Shown piece by piece: positions 12,620 through 24,744 of a stretch of 64,000 nucleotides of DNA. How positions within the stretch are numbered: position 1 is the stretch's first letter; each line of letters starts with the position of its first letter. The translations under genes and the position numbers were made by a program. Below the pieces are notes generated by a model. It saw nothing but the letters and a program-made list of their open reading frames with translations. It searched no databases and had not been told where the DNA came from. The stretch comes from Ruditapes philippinarum. Taxonomy: Eukaryota. The stretch covers positions 1 through 64,000 of the forward strand of contig NW_026852108.1 in the NCBI RefSeq assembly GCF_026571515.1, in the 5' to 3' direction.

Positions 12620-13073
12620 CTTAGACGTCGAAATGTCAATTACTAACTCAAAGACATAAAAATGTATACTGCTCTTCTTTAACAATAGTGTTTTGGTTAT
12701 TTCAAAATCGATCAAATGAAGTTGAGCAATGTTTCTTTTTATTTGTCACGACTGATCATTTTACAAGATCGATACTGGCTTTTCCTCTACGTTAAAATAT
12801 GTATGATAATGGCGGTATAAAGGTAAAAGTACATGTGGTACTAATTGAATGTCTTGTTTTCAAAAGGAATAACAAAAGAATGCGTTTGTATTTGAAGATT
12901 TAATACTTTTTAGAAAAAAAGACTATGAAAAGAATGTTAAATGGTTATAGCGAAAAATTATATTTCACCAACATCTTCGCCAAGAGATATATTCAATCAA
13001 GTTCAAGCCATTATCAAAGAATAACGAGATAAGCATGTTTATGTGGGTAAATGTTTAAACTTGTGGCATGAAT

Positions 13074-14173
13074 CACGGTGCATATCCATATCGGTACCCT
13101 CTTTGCGAAATCTGCTGAAACGGTATACCTTCTCTGAACATGCACAGGTCATTCTCTGCTAAAAACAAACCAGCGATGGATACCAATCCAGTAAAATTTC
13201 ATTGTAATAAGGAAAGGAGGTATGTCACGTAGAAAAGATGTATACCACGGAACACTAGGATGTTTTATTTAAGTGCTGATTTGTCATGTGCCCGATTTTC
13301 ATGTACTGCAACTTCACAATAAGCTACAAAAAATCGACATTTCTTGCTTCGCCAATCACCTCGACATATTTTTCGGGCTGAAATGAACCTGTGGCTCGAT
13401 AATATATGCATCATACATATTTAATATGTTCATATACATATCATCTTCGGACAAATGGCAGTATATTGTCAAAAATAAATGTAAAATTCATAAAAACACC
13501 CTACTTTCGGTTTTGCAGCGGCACGGGCTACCTCTCTTCATTTGAATTTTTATGTCACATGTACCCTCTCATTATTGAACACATAGGTACCCTCAAAGCA
13601 CGACATATGCTTTTATTTGCGTTAATCGTTAAGTGTGTATGTAATACTTTTTACTTTTATGTAAATATTACATACTTAACGATTAACGCAATGTGTATAA
13701 AAATTCAAATGAAGAGAGGTAGCCCGTGCAGCTGCAAAACCGAAAGTAGGGTGTTTTTTGAATTTTACATTTATTTTTGACAATATACTGCCATTTGTCC
13801 GAAGATGATATGTACATGAACATATTAAGTATGTATGATGCATATATAATCAAGCGACAGGTTCCTTTCAGCCCGAAAAATATGTCGAGGTGATGGGCAA
13901 AGCAAGACATGTCGATTTTTTTTAGCTTATTGTGAAGTTTCAGTACATGAAAATCGGGCACGTGATAAATCAGCACATAAATAAAACATCCTAGTGTTCC
14001 GTGGTATACATCTTTTCTACGTGTCATATCTCCTTTCCTTATTACAATGAAATTTTACTGGATTGGTATCCATCGCTGGTTTGATTTTAGCAGAGAATGA
14101 CCTGTGCATGTTCAGAGAGGGTACCGTTTCAGCAGATTTCGCAAAGAGGGTACCGATATGGATATGCACAGTG
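13074..14173. mobile_element. 1.1-kb palindromic non-autonomous DNA transposon, CAC termini, 5-bp TSD (Transib/RAG-like)
   Basis: Starts CACGGTGCATATCCATATCGGTACCCTC and ends GAGGGTACCGATATGGATATGCACAGTG. TGAAT lies on both sides (13069-13073, 14174-14178). Arms of ~480 bp plus an inner hairpin at ~13617-13691. Confidence 0.85.
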
Positions 14174-15402
14174 TGAATGGTAGCTTGCATTTTCCAGTAC
14201 CGACCATGAACAGGTTAGATCAAACCAAAGCTGTAACATTTCAATTTGTTGTGCTTCGTGAAACTCTAACCGTAAATTGTGTAAATAACTTGGAAAAACC
14301 TACAATTGCCAATTCGGATTCTATTCTTCATTATTTGTACAATATATTTAATCATTTTCAACCGAGCTTCGTTACTGTTTTGGGCGGTAAAACAGACTGT
14401 ACAGTATACAAATTGATTCCCTTAGTTTTAGCATGTTAACAATTGACATTTGAAAAAGGCAACAACTTAGAATTCTTAAATAGTTGTAACTGATTGTAAC
14501 ATTGCCAAAGCACTTCTGAAAACGTTGTCATTTTCATAGAGACCATGCGACCATATACCCGCATCGAGGACAAGGTTGATAAAAACTGACCGTACGACCA
14601 CATACACGCATCACAGGTTTCCCCTAGCTTCTAATACAACAGGGGGCAAAGGGATGTCCACCATTTCCGTATGGTTATTGATTTGGTATAAAAATGTATA
14701 CAAATATAGTAATGCAAACCAAGTGGGGTATCAGAAAAGAAAAGAAAGACCTCAAATTAATTACCGTACTTTCACACACTCTTTCCAAATGGTCAATACA
14801 ATGCATTCATAGAGATTAATAGGAAATATGTACATGTATCATATTTAAACTTTCGCATGAATACTTTCCGAAGTAAAAAGTAAAATGTGAACATATGAAA
14901 ATTTTAGAAACAGACAATTACTTAAACCACATGATAATATCAGATAGAATAGAAGAAAGTGCAGCCACAGTGTAGTCTTTTGTACTCATTTTTAATTGAA
15001 TTTGGTTTAGCCTTAATTGCATGGCTTTTTCTTTGGTTTTTCATTTTGGAACGCAAATGAAATCGTGAATTGATTATCTAAATAAGTCTACAAACTTGAA
15101 ATAAGAATGTGTGTATGTATATTAACGTTGTAATGTTAAATGACCAACAACATTGGTGAACGAATTGTTTTAGAATATCACACATACGGTACGTGATCGC
15201 TATAAGAAGAATGTCGTCTGCTTTATATGTGAACTGATTTGTTCATCTAGTCACCAACTGGGACTTTGTTTTCTTTTAATATAGTACATGTACATGGCAT
15301 GGCGTAAAATCTTATCAGGCCTGTAATTTCATGGTAATATTGTTAGTTATTAAGATTTTTCGACAGCTTATATGACCCAGTATGACCTGCTGTTTGTTTT
15401 TA

Positions 15403-15725
15403 AGGGGCCTCCGTTGCCGAGTGGTTAAGGTCGCTTACTTGAGATCACATGTCCCTCACCTCTGTAGTTTCGATCCTCACTCGTGTCGAAATCTTTCATG
15501 TTAGGAAACCATCCAGCTGGCTTATGGAAGGTCGGTGGTTCTACCTAGGTGCCCGCTCGTGCCTGAAATAATACCTAATGCCTAGAGGGGCACACCACAG
15601 CTTCCTCCACCAATAAAGCTGGGGAAAAAATCCACGAAAAATCTTGGCAGGACGCTCTAGGCAGGCCTGACTTGAGTGTACGGTCGCCCTTATGGGCTTT
15701 CCGGCGGCGACCTTAAATAAACGCA
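15403..15725 (+). mobile_element. tRNA-derived SINE (Meta-core-like)
   Basis: A-box-like TTGCCGAGTGG and B-box-like GTTTCGATCC; core CCATCCAGCTGGCTTATGGAAGGTCGGTGGTTCTACC. Related copies at ~45397-45660 and ~59110-59290 (minus). Confidence 0.7.
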
Positions 15726-17611
15726 ATTTAGAAAACTGTTTGTTTATTTAACCCATATATAACCCATTTAACTATATACACCAGGCGAGGTTGACACTCG
15801 GCGAGGGTGTAACTAAGCGAGGTTGACAATCGGCATGGGTGACAAATGGCGACGGTGGCAGGTGGAGGGTTTATGAAACAAACAACCTTGCCTTTACGGC
15901 TATATAACCTATCAAAGGTTTTTTTAACACTGCTGCATTGACTTCTTTGATAAAATTATACTCAAATTTGCTGCAGAAATGTTCATGTACTAGTATATAT
16001 CGATAGTATAATTTGCCGATAAAACTGACGTTACAAATGGGTTTTAAATATCTAATTTGAATTATTTGAAACAAGTACCTTAATATTTCCTGCTGAAAAG
16101 TTATAGCATTGTTAGGGCATTGTAGTGAAACTAAAAATCTAACCGCATTAAATAAAAAAGACAATATCTGTTTAAAAACATATCATATGGTTTACAAATA
16201 GACATAGAAGTAGAATGAAACCTGTATCATTATTTTTGTATAATCTTTAAATACGATAATTATGGTGGCTGAGGTAAGCCGTTTCGTATTTTAGCCATAT
16301 TATCATTATTTTAAGGCACAAAAGGCTTATAATTTTTTTAATGTGTCCTATTACGGTTTCCATAACGTTATTCACATGCCATGAAGTCGAGCCATCATTA
16401 CAGTATTTTGTATTTTGGCACAAAAGTATTTTGAATCAAAGGTGTTCTGCGAATTGATTGGTCACTTCGCCAAAAATAAATAAATGAATAAATAAATAAA
16501 TAATGAAAAAGAAAGAAATGACACATATATATTTAGTATACTAGTACATGTATGATCTATTTTTTCTATTTTTTTTTTGCTTTGGCGTAATGCCAGTCAA
16601 CGCGCCAAACATCTGTGTTTTAAAAAGAGGTCAAAATGCTACTTTGTTTTCATTAAAATTTTATATTACCTTTATCATACTTTTTTTTAACATTCAGCGC
16701 TATCTATTCATCTTACATGATTTTAATCCATAATATCACAACAAACAGAAAGAAAACAATATTCATGTCTGAGATCGACTGTTCTTCAACGTAAACTTAA
16801 GTGACGTCAGTTGAAAAGACAAACCCTTGGTATCTTCCAATATAGTTTCAAATTTTATATAAATACTAGAAACACTTTAGAAGGACCACTAAGCCTTTTT
16901 ATAGTGAGAAGGACCCCAAATTGAAAAGCGTAGCAAAAACCGGCTAAGAATTGTACAAAAATCGATTTCCGATTTAATTCTGAATATATTTCTTTGTTAT
17001 CCTTTCAGATTTTTTTTCAATTTTAAGTGAATGGTATTCGTAAGATTTTAAAATTATATGTTGTAAAGCATATGGACTTCAGTGGAGTTCCTTTAACTAT
17101 AGATACGAGCGTATGCTTCTAAAATCAAAAACACGAAAATGCAATTTATGAAGGATAATGGAATCCTTTTCACATCCATATGTTGTGATTTGGACCTTGC
17201 TTTTCCAGAAATAATTGGATTGGGCGGAAGTGGTTTTCTCAAGATTTACATTAAAGCACCAATGAGTACATAATAATGATGAGTCTATGACGAATGAATA
17301 TTGCTTAGACATGACGGTACATGGGCAACAGGGGCGAGTTGTAGTAAGTAAAAAAAGTAATCAAATGTTTCCTTTTTATAACTTTTGCTGTTACATCTAA
17401 CTCGTTCTGCAAATATTCGAGTTTTGTTTAATTTGTTTTGTTAAAACTTTTTTGACTTGCTTTATTATTAATAAGTTATTTCCTTATTTCAGATTTGTCA
17501 CGAGATATTAGAATAAACATAAGAAACCATTTGTTATAAATTAAAAGATTATTTTGTTGTCATTACTTTTATTATAACTGCAATGTCATTTATACATAAT
17601 TATTTCAGACT

Positions 17612-18097
17612 TCAATGATGTTGAAGATATGCAACGTTGTTATGGTGGTCCCAACAACGATGAAGGCCATCGCATGTCACGATCGAAAGACGGGCGTAAT
17701 TATGTGAATGTGGGTCCGCTTTCAGTTCGAGTTCGTGCTGATGCCCGTTATTTTCTGTAGTGTACACCCTAATAGTGTGCCCATGCTTCAAGCCGTCTAG
17801 TTCCTCCTTTGTTAAGAAGATATCATGATTGTGGGCTCCTGGGGGATTTGAGTGGGTTGTTGACGTAGCATAATGAATGTCCTCATGAATGTTCAGATCC
17901 TTGATTTGTGGCTTGTGTTCGAACATTTTCTGATATTTATGCATGTCCATCATCATGTCCTCCATTGCAGCTAGATTCTTCCAGGTTGCACTGCCTTCTT
18001 GGTGTGTAGGGGCTATTGGGTATCTAATACGAATTTTTCCGACACCTGGAATTTCGGGGGAAAATATACGGATACCGGATGCAGTTACACGACGGAC
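17612..18097 (-). CDS. Secreted protein A, coding exon 2 (161 aa, His-rich C-terminal module)
   Basis: VRRVTASGIRIFSPEIPGVGKIRIRYPIAP...HNH...GHQH...CDGLHRCWDHH matches exon 2 of the paralog. Confidence 0.9.
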   Translation of the reverse strand, partial: VRRVTASGIRIFSPEIPGVGKIRIRYPIAPTHQEGSATWKNLAAMEDMMMDMHKYQKMFEHKPQIKDLNIHEDIHYATSTTHSNPPGAHNHDIFLTKEELDGLKHGHTIRVYTTENNGHQHELELKADPHSHNYARLSIVTCDGLHRCWDHHNNVAYLQHH

Positions 18098-19943
18098 CTG
18101 TAAATAAAGACGGACGTTAGTCGTGTTTTCCCATTAGTCTACCGAAACGCCAAGAATGTTAAAAAAAAACATACAAAAATGGCACGATACAAGATGCAGA
18201 ACACAAAAGAAAAGGTGGCGGTATTTAAAAGATTACATGTGTGCAATGGTAAACATAAGCTCTTATGGATATGGAACTCTATAAAAACTGATTCTATTAC
18301 GTCATTTTTAAATAATTGTATAATACCTCTCCATGTTGATCTAGGACACCAACAATATCCTTTGCAGTATCTGCTGGATCTCTATTTGCCTCACCACCAT
18401 GGAAAAACTCGGCCGGTGTCAGGTAGTAGCTCTGTAAGGATGAACCATTAAATGCCTTCGCTTTGTCCAGACCTCCGTCTCGTCCACCATCAGTTACATA
18501 ATGGAATGTTCTGTAATCTCTGTCTAGAAGCCGAAGGTTGTATGGATTCCAACTACTGAGTGGTGTCAACCAGACTATTTCAAGTGGTACGGCATATGTT
18601 GTTCTTGCCTCATGATATTTGCACTCCATCTTATGTGTCTTTGAATTACGTTCACAATCTTTGACGTTGAAATTTGCGATTTTTGGGTTCTTCGTTTGAG
18701 CAACCCATAGAGAGGTATCAGAGTATCCTCTGTTGCGTACACTCAGACCCATAGCACCCTTTCTCATTACTCTGTAATGACGATGGTATCGAGCAGTGTT
18801 CAAAACGGTTGCATTTTTCATATCAATTCTGTATTTAAGAAGCCCAAATGAATCATCTGTTTGATGGCCGGGATAGTTGTCAACACCTGGAATTTCATTC
18901 ATGATAGAGTCCATTGTACCATAAGTATAACGACGGTCAGAATATGTTCCAAACCCATCATCAGCGTGATAGCCATTTCCTCTTGATGGGGCCACAGTGA
19001 ATCGAACTTGTTTGCCTTTTCTTGTATAATCACTATAGTTGTAATTTGGCATCCATGCCATTCTTGCTGCTAAATCATCGACTGGTTTCAGGTCCTTCAA
19101 CTCCAGATCACGCTTGATTGGATGGCATAAGATTCTGTAGTTCCACTGTGCGTAAATAGGCTCGCCGTGTTCTGTTACGTTTATAATTGTTGTCGGTAGG
19201 TATGAAAGATTTTCGAATTGGTTTTTGCCACCTGTGGATGACATATACTGAATCTTTTGTTGTAGGTCAAACCAACTGGATGCGTCAATGAAATGTCTGT
19301 CGCTCTGGAAAGGTTCGTCAAGGTGTTTCGTGTCTGTAGTCCAGCCGCCTTCTAGATAACACAGTACTGGTTTGAAATATGGTTTGTAATTTCTCAGTTT
19401 AGTATTTTGATCACGGAAAGCTTTGAAATACTGTTGCATTTCTGCAACTTGCTCTGGGATAGTTTTCTTGTTGCGAACAGTTGGTGGAACATCGGGAAAT
19501 GGAATATCCTCCATTGCATGGTAATCTGATTTTGTTCGGTGGGGCATTCTGAGCTTGTAGTCGTTATGTCTGGTTCGGAATTCGACTCCGTTCAATACTC
19601 CAATAAATTCACCCATGCCGACAGTTCGGTCATAGTTCGAGTGCTCATGGATAGCGAGAAACGAGTGGCTCGAATACGTATCGTAGTGATAAGGTCTTGA
19701 CCCGCCGCCATTGCTTCGAATTTGCTTGACACCGGAACTACCATCTGAGCGTACTCTCTCTTCTACAAACAGTTGCTGAAGCATCATTTGTCTCGCCAGA
19801 CCGCCGATTGTTTGTTTTACGGACGTTTCAAATTGTTTGAACTGCGCCTGCAGCTGATGGAGAAGTTGCACGTCATTACTGGTTGCGCCATGTACAACAT
19901 ACAACAACGGGCACAGGAACAGAAAAGATAACGTCAGTCGCAT
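17612..19943 (-). CDS. Uncharacterised secreted protein A, 700 aa; join of 18327..19943 and 17612..18097 (minus)
   Basis: ATG at 19943, 2 nt after a TTTTCAG acceptor; signal peptide MRLTLSFLFLCPLLYVVHG. Donor GAG|GTATTA at 18327/18326, acceptor TTTACAG|GTC at 18098/18097, phase 0. AATAAA at 17568-17573 (minus). Colinear with the paralog at 24745..27741. Confidence 0.9.
18327..19943 (-). CDS. Secreted protein A, coding exon 1 (539 codons)
   Basis: Long ORF; homology with the paralog ends at VGVLDQHGE, at the GT donor. Confidence 0.9.
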
Positions 19944-20898
19944 CTCTGAAAATTGCAAGATATACATTGAAACAGCTCGTAACAAAATTTAATAAATTTA
20001 ATAAATTTCAACAAAGAAGATCAATTTTGATATTAAAGAAATTCATGCAATTACATCTGGCCGTACTTAATAATAATAGTGCAGAAGATGTACATTTTAA
20101 AGTTCACAAAAGGGGATATGAAAGTAAAATGCATGCTTGAGTTATTGACCTTAGCCAATAACTAACAACCATGACCCCCTAGAACGTGTATACAAAACCA
20201 AGCATGTTCAGTGGTTGACATGTTTAACCATATAAATCATTAGATTTGTACATTTAGGTTATATTGTCGAGTTGATTTTCTCCGCATGTATGGGATTTGT
20301 TTCTTATCACTGGCCAATGAAAACAGAAAGCGCGCGAAAAGTAATTCTTTATTTGGGAAGAAAGAATATATGGCTTGATAAAGTTGCAACGGATAAAAAC
20401 ATTTGTGAATGCACAGAACGCTTTCAAACATTGAAATGGGTGTTGGTGACAATTTGTATTGAAAAATATTTTTTAACTGAAATTATATTTGTAGTTTAAA
20501 GTGTAATGCTTTTGGTATATATAGATTGTTTATGATTTTTCATTCTGAACCACCTTCCCACTCTCAGAGATTGATATATTTTATATATTATTTTATTTAT
20601 AAAATATATATATCTAACCGATTTCTTAGGTCATGTGACACTGATCTGACCTGGTTTTGATTTTGTGTGTAGATCTAATTACGACATTACAAATATCACA
20701 AAAACATTTGCATCAATTATACATTTTTGCAAAAACTACCGTTGCTCACGGAAGTATTATTGCCCCAATTGCCACTCATATAACTTGTCCAGTAGTCTCG
20801 TCAAAAAGAAAAAAAAATATGTATCGGCTATTTACCGTATTTACGTGCACTCACTGAGCTATAGCACGAAAAGTGTACTGCATTATATATAAAATCTG

Positions 20899-21873
20899 TT
20901 TAGTGTCCAGCTTTATTTGTCATCCAATGAAAGCGCTGTATTTCTTAAAAATTATGTGTGTTAATTTTCATAGAAGAAAAAAAGTCGATACTATATTGAA
21001 ATCCGTTCATAGTCGCCTTCTATTTTTCATAGTGCTTCATAGAACCGCGTAGTGACGTTATCAAGGGCCAAATAAAGCTTGACACTAAATAATTATGTTG
21101 GTGTTCATCCTTAGCTGTTCTACAGAAATTAAAAACATTCTCCTGTCGCTATCGCTCCCGTTGAAGTTTCTAATTTCTGTAGAACAGCACGGATGAACAC
21201 TAACATATACATAAAGATATCTTTATATACATTTAGTGTCCAGCTTTATTTGTCATCCAATGAAAACGCTGTATTTCTTAAAAATTATGTGTGTTAATTT
21301 TCATAGAAGAAAAAAAGTCAATACTATATTGAAATCCGTTCATAGTCGCCTTCTATTTTTCATAGTGCTTCATAGAACCGCGTAGTGACGTTATCAAGGG
21401 CCAAATAAAGCTTGACACTAAATAATTATGTTGGTGTTCATCCTTAGCTGTTCTACAGAAATTAAAAACATTCTCCTGTCGCTATCGCTCCCGTTGAAGT
21501 TTCTAATTTCTGTAGAACAGCACGGATGAACACTAACATATACATAAAGATATCTTTATATACATTTAGTGTCCAGCTTTATTTGTCATCCAATGAAAAC
21601 GCTGTATTTCTTAAAAATTATGTGTGCTAATTTTCATAGAAGTAAAAAAGTCGATACTATATTGAAATCCGTTCATAGTCGCCTTCTATGTTTCATAGTG
21701 CTCCATAGTACCGCGTAGTGACGTAATCAAGGGCCAAATAAAGCTTGACACTAAATATGTTAGTGTTCATCCTTAGCTGTTCTACAGAAATTAGAAAACA
21801 TTCTCCTGTCGCTATCGCTCCCGTCGAAGTTTCTAATTTCTGTAGAACAGCACGGATGAACACTAACATATAC
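20899..21873. repeat. Tandem array of three 333-bp units, each made of two hairpins
   Basis: TTTAGTGTCCAGCTTTATTTG starts at 20899, 21232 and 21565. Each unit has IR pairs TTTAGTGTC..GCTTTATTT/AAATAAAGC..GACACTAAA and GTGTTCATCC..GCTGTTCTACAGAAATTA/TAATTTCTGTAGAACAGC..GGATGAACAC. Confidence 0.95.
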
Positions 21874-24744
21874 TTAATATACGTACCTTTATGCAGTTAG
21901 GCTTAAATTTTGATATTATTAAGATATACACTCCAATGGTCACTGTGTGATTACACGATGGACACAAATAATATTTCCCCCTTAATCTCTTACTCATGAA
22001 ATGAGATCGACGTGTACTTCGAAAGTACCATTAGATAGATGTACCTGAATTTGAATACGAAACCCATACAAATGATGAAAATGGAAAATCTGAAACATAA
22101 AAGACTATACTGTTTCAGATTTTTCAGTTTTCATTACACATCTGTTTATATGGGTTTTGTATTCAATTGTGTTTTATGAAATGAGTATGTTGTTTGGATA
22201 TATAGGTACAATGTATATTGAAAGTTTTCTTTGTTAACTGTGGTACTTCCGGGAAAAGACATATTGCTCAAGAAGAGAAACAAAAGAGAAACGATTGGCA
22301 TTTCGTTGTCCCAGATAAATTATGATACAGTCACTTAAGACTAGATAATTGATAAATTAGTAAGCGGGCAAAAATTTATTCAATGAGTAACGGTGATTTC
22401 TTACAAAAAGTGCACCAAACCTTGATTTTTGTACGTATATTATGTCAGACTTACATGTATATCAATACATAATCAAACCCAGGCCAAACATGTGTCATAA
22501 AAGCTGAGAAATCGAATTGTCTCTTATTTTTGGTCATTTTTACGATGCTTTTATGACTCATATATTTAGTCCGATTATGTGATAGGCAAAATTACATTAA
22601 TAATTATTTTAATTATTCAAATGGTAGAGTACATCTTAAAATTCTGGAAAAGAAGATCTATATGCAAGAATGAAAATAAGTAGAATTGAAGTTTAATATT
22701 TCTGTACGAATCCTCCAATATTTATATAATCAAATAATTGATCATAAAAAAATCAAAATTAATAATCTGAACTTTTATATTTTGTTTGAATGTAAAAAGA
22801 AAATAAATATTTTACCTGCAACTTTGTACGAAGCCTGCTTTTTCGCAATTGACAGATACTTCTTTCTCGCGTTGCTACCGGCAGAGGAGCAACTGGTAAA
22901 TGTGGCCACCAGGTCGCCTATCTCTCACGATTGTACCAACAAAGATATCTGACCTTATAGTTCCATTTAAAGGAACACGGGCTTATCTTAGTAGTTCATT
23001 ACATTATTCAATATTTTGAATATATTTAGCATGTATTCGTATCCGAAATTGTTACACTTTTGCAGCAAAATTCGACCGACCGAATGGTTACTTTCACATT
23101 CACTTAATAGCCTTTTGGGTCAATGTGTGAAACCGTACTTTGTCAATTTATTTTCATGTGAAAATATCAGTACATTTACTAGAGTTTTGATCAATTATAC
23201 TAGTTTATCAAAATTAACTTATTTCAACACATTTCATGCCTGTAATTTTAATATTTTCTGATTACTCATATATTAATGTACCTATCTCAATATAAAAAAA
23301 TAACGTGCTGAAAGTTCTGTATACAATCAGGTTTCCGATTATATATTTTTGAAATAATTCTGGATAACCCCTTGAAACGTTGGAGTTTGAAAAATTTTTG
23401 GAATAGATAATTATATATTTTTGGTATTTACAAAAAAAAAATGCTTTATATGAATGAAATATCACCAGAACCATATGATTAAGCTAGATATATATGAAGC
23501 TCTAATGAAAAATGTTTTCCCATGGAGTAGCTTCTAATGAACTATTTCAAGTGTGTTTTAGTTTGAGTTGGGGTTGACCTCAGTAATACCAAGATTGTAA
23601 ATTTGAAATTGTTTCATAAACCTAATTCTTTATGTGACCTTAAGTTTGTATGTCCTCAATTTTTCCCCTTGAGATAAAGAAATACATGTACAAAGCAATA
23701 AGATAGTTCATGTCTACAACTGAAAGATAAGACGGTGTTGAATTGTTTAGACCATAGCTGTCCGGACTTGTATTAGGGCGTCAGGTAGACAATTATCTTT
23801 TTAATAAATGATTTTTTGTTTCCGTAATTAAGATGTTTAAAACATTTTTTTTCAGGACTTTCAGCATTCGTTATTATTTTTTTTGCCATCAACACATGCT
23901 ATACTTATATATTATAAAGAAATAATAAGTATCTGTAATTCATCAGTTAACTTTATCATATATTCTTGATGTATTTTATTATGTGTAAGTTTAATGTCTG
24001 CTCATAAACTTGAATGAGCAATCCTCAAATTTATGAAAATAGTGAGCCATATGAAAAAGCATTTTTTATTCTAAAATTTGCAAAGCCACATTTTCATAAA
24101 GAATTCAGTAGCTTATTTATACCTGTTTTTCTTAAGATATCCGAATATTTTGTTTCATTATCACCCTTTTTTCTTATTAACTATATCATATTTGAAAAGT
24201 TAACGTTCTAGAATATGATTCTTAACCGTCGCTTTCGAACGCAGTTGAGTATCAGTTTATATTTTAAGTGTTATAATATAATTATGTTTGAAGAAATATT
24301 ATTCATTAACATGTAATAAAGAATACAGATATCAACGAGGCAAAGGCTACGTTCACAGAATGCAGAATTAAACTAGCAATGACATTTTCCTACCATTTAA
24401 TTTTACAATGAGCAAGAGATTTTTGATTGATAAAATTGCTTTTTTATTTGAAAAATATCCATATCCCACATTTAATTCAGAATCAGTCGTCAAATTACAG
24501 AACTGTCAGAATGTAGTCATCATTATGCTTACAAGTGCAGTCCGCCTTGTAGTTTGCCTTCCTTTTAATTATTATTATCTTATATAACCTTCTACTATAG
24601 ACATAAAAAGCCATAATGGTAGCTCCATTTGAATATCAAATTCTTAAGGAAAAATATGCATGATTATAATAATTTGTAAATATACAATTTGTTATATTTG
24701 TATAAATACAAAATCTGTTAGATGATGATTTTCTATTTTTAGCC

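Noticed and set aside
13074-13115. Complete recombination signal sequence (heptamer-12/23-nonamer)
   Set aside because: Only the heptamer-like end is present; no ACAAAAACC-like nonamer at 12 or 23 bp.
13406-14027. ORFs 13406..13780 (+) and 13683..14027 (-) with similar peptides
   Set aside because: Mirror-image products of the palindromic element; no protein features.
15403-15480. tRNA gene
   Set aside because: A/B boxes are present but there is no intact cloverleaf, and a SINE core follows; the same applies at 45397 and 48975.
15780-15860. GGCGAGGTTGAC-like short repeats as a defined element
   Set aside because: Probably a transposon subterminal relic, but I could not find a matching end or TSD.
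18297-19985. ORF-track ends of the 562-aa and 556-aa ORFs taken as complete proteins
   Set aside because: The N-terminal 14 aa of A and the tails after DQHG[E/K] are intron read-through; splice sites and paralog alignment define two-exon genes.
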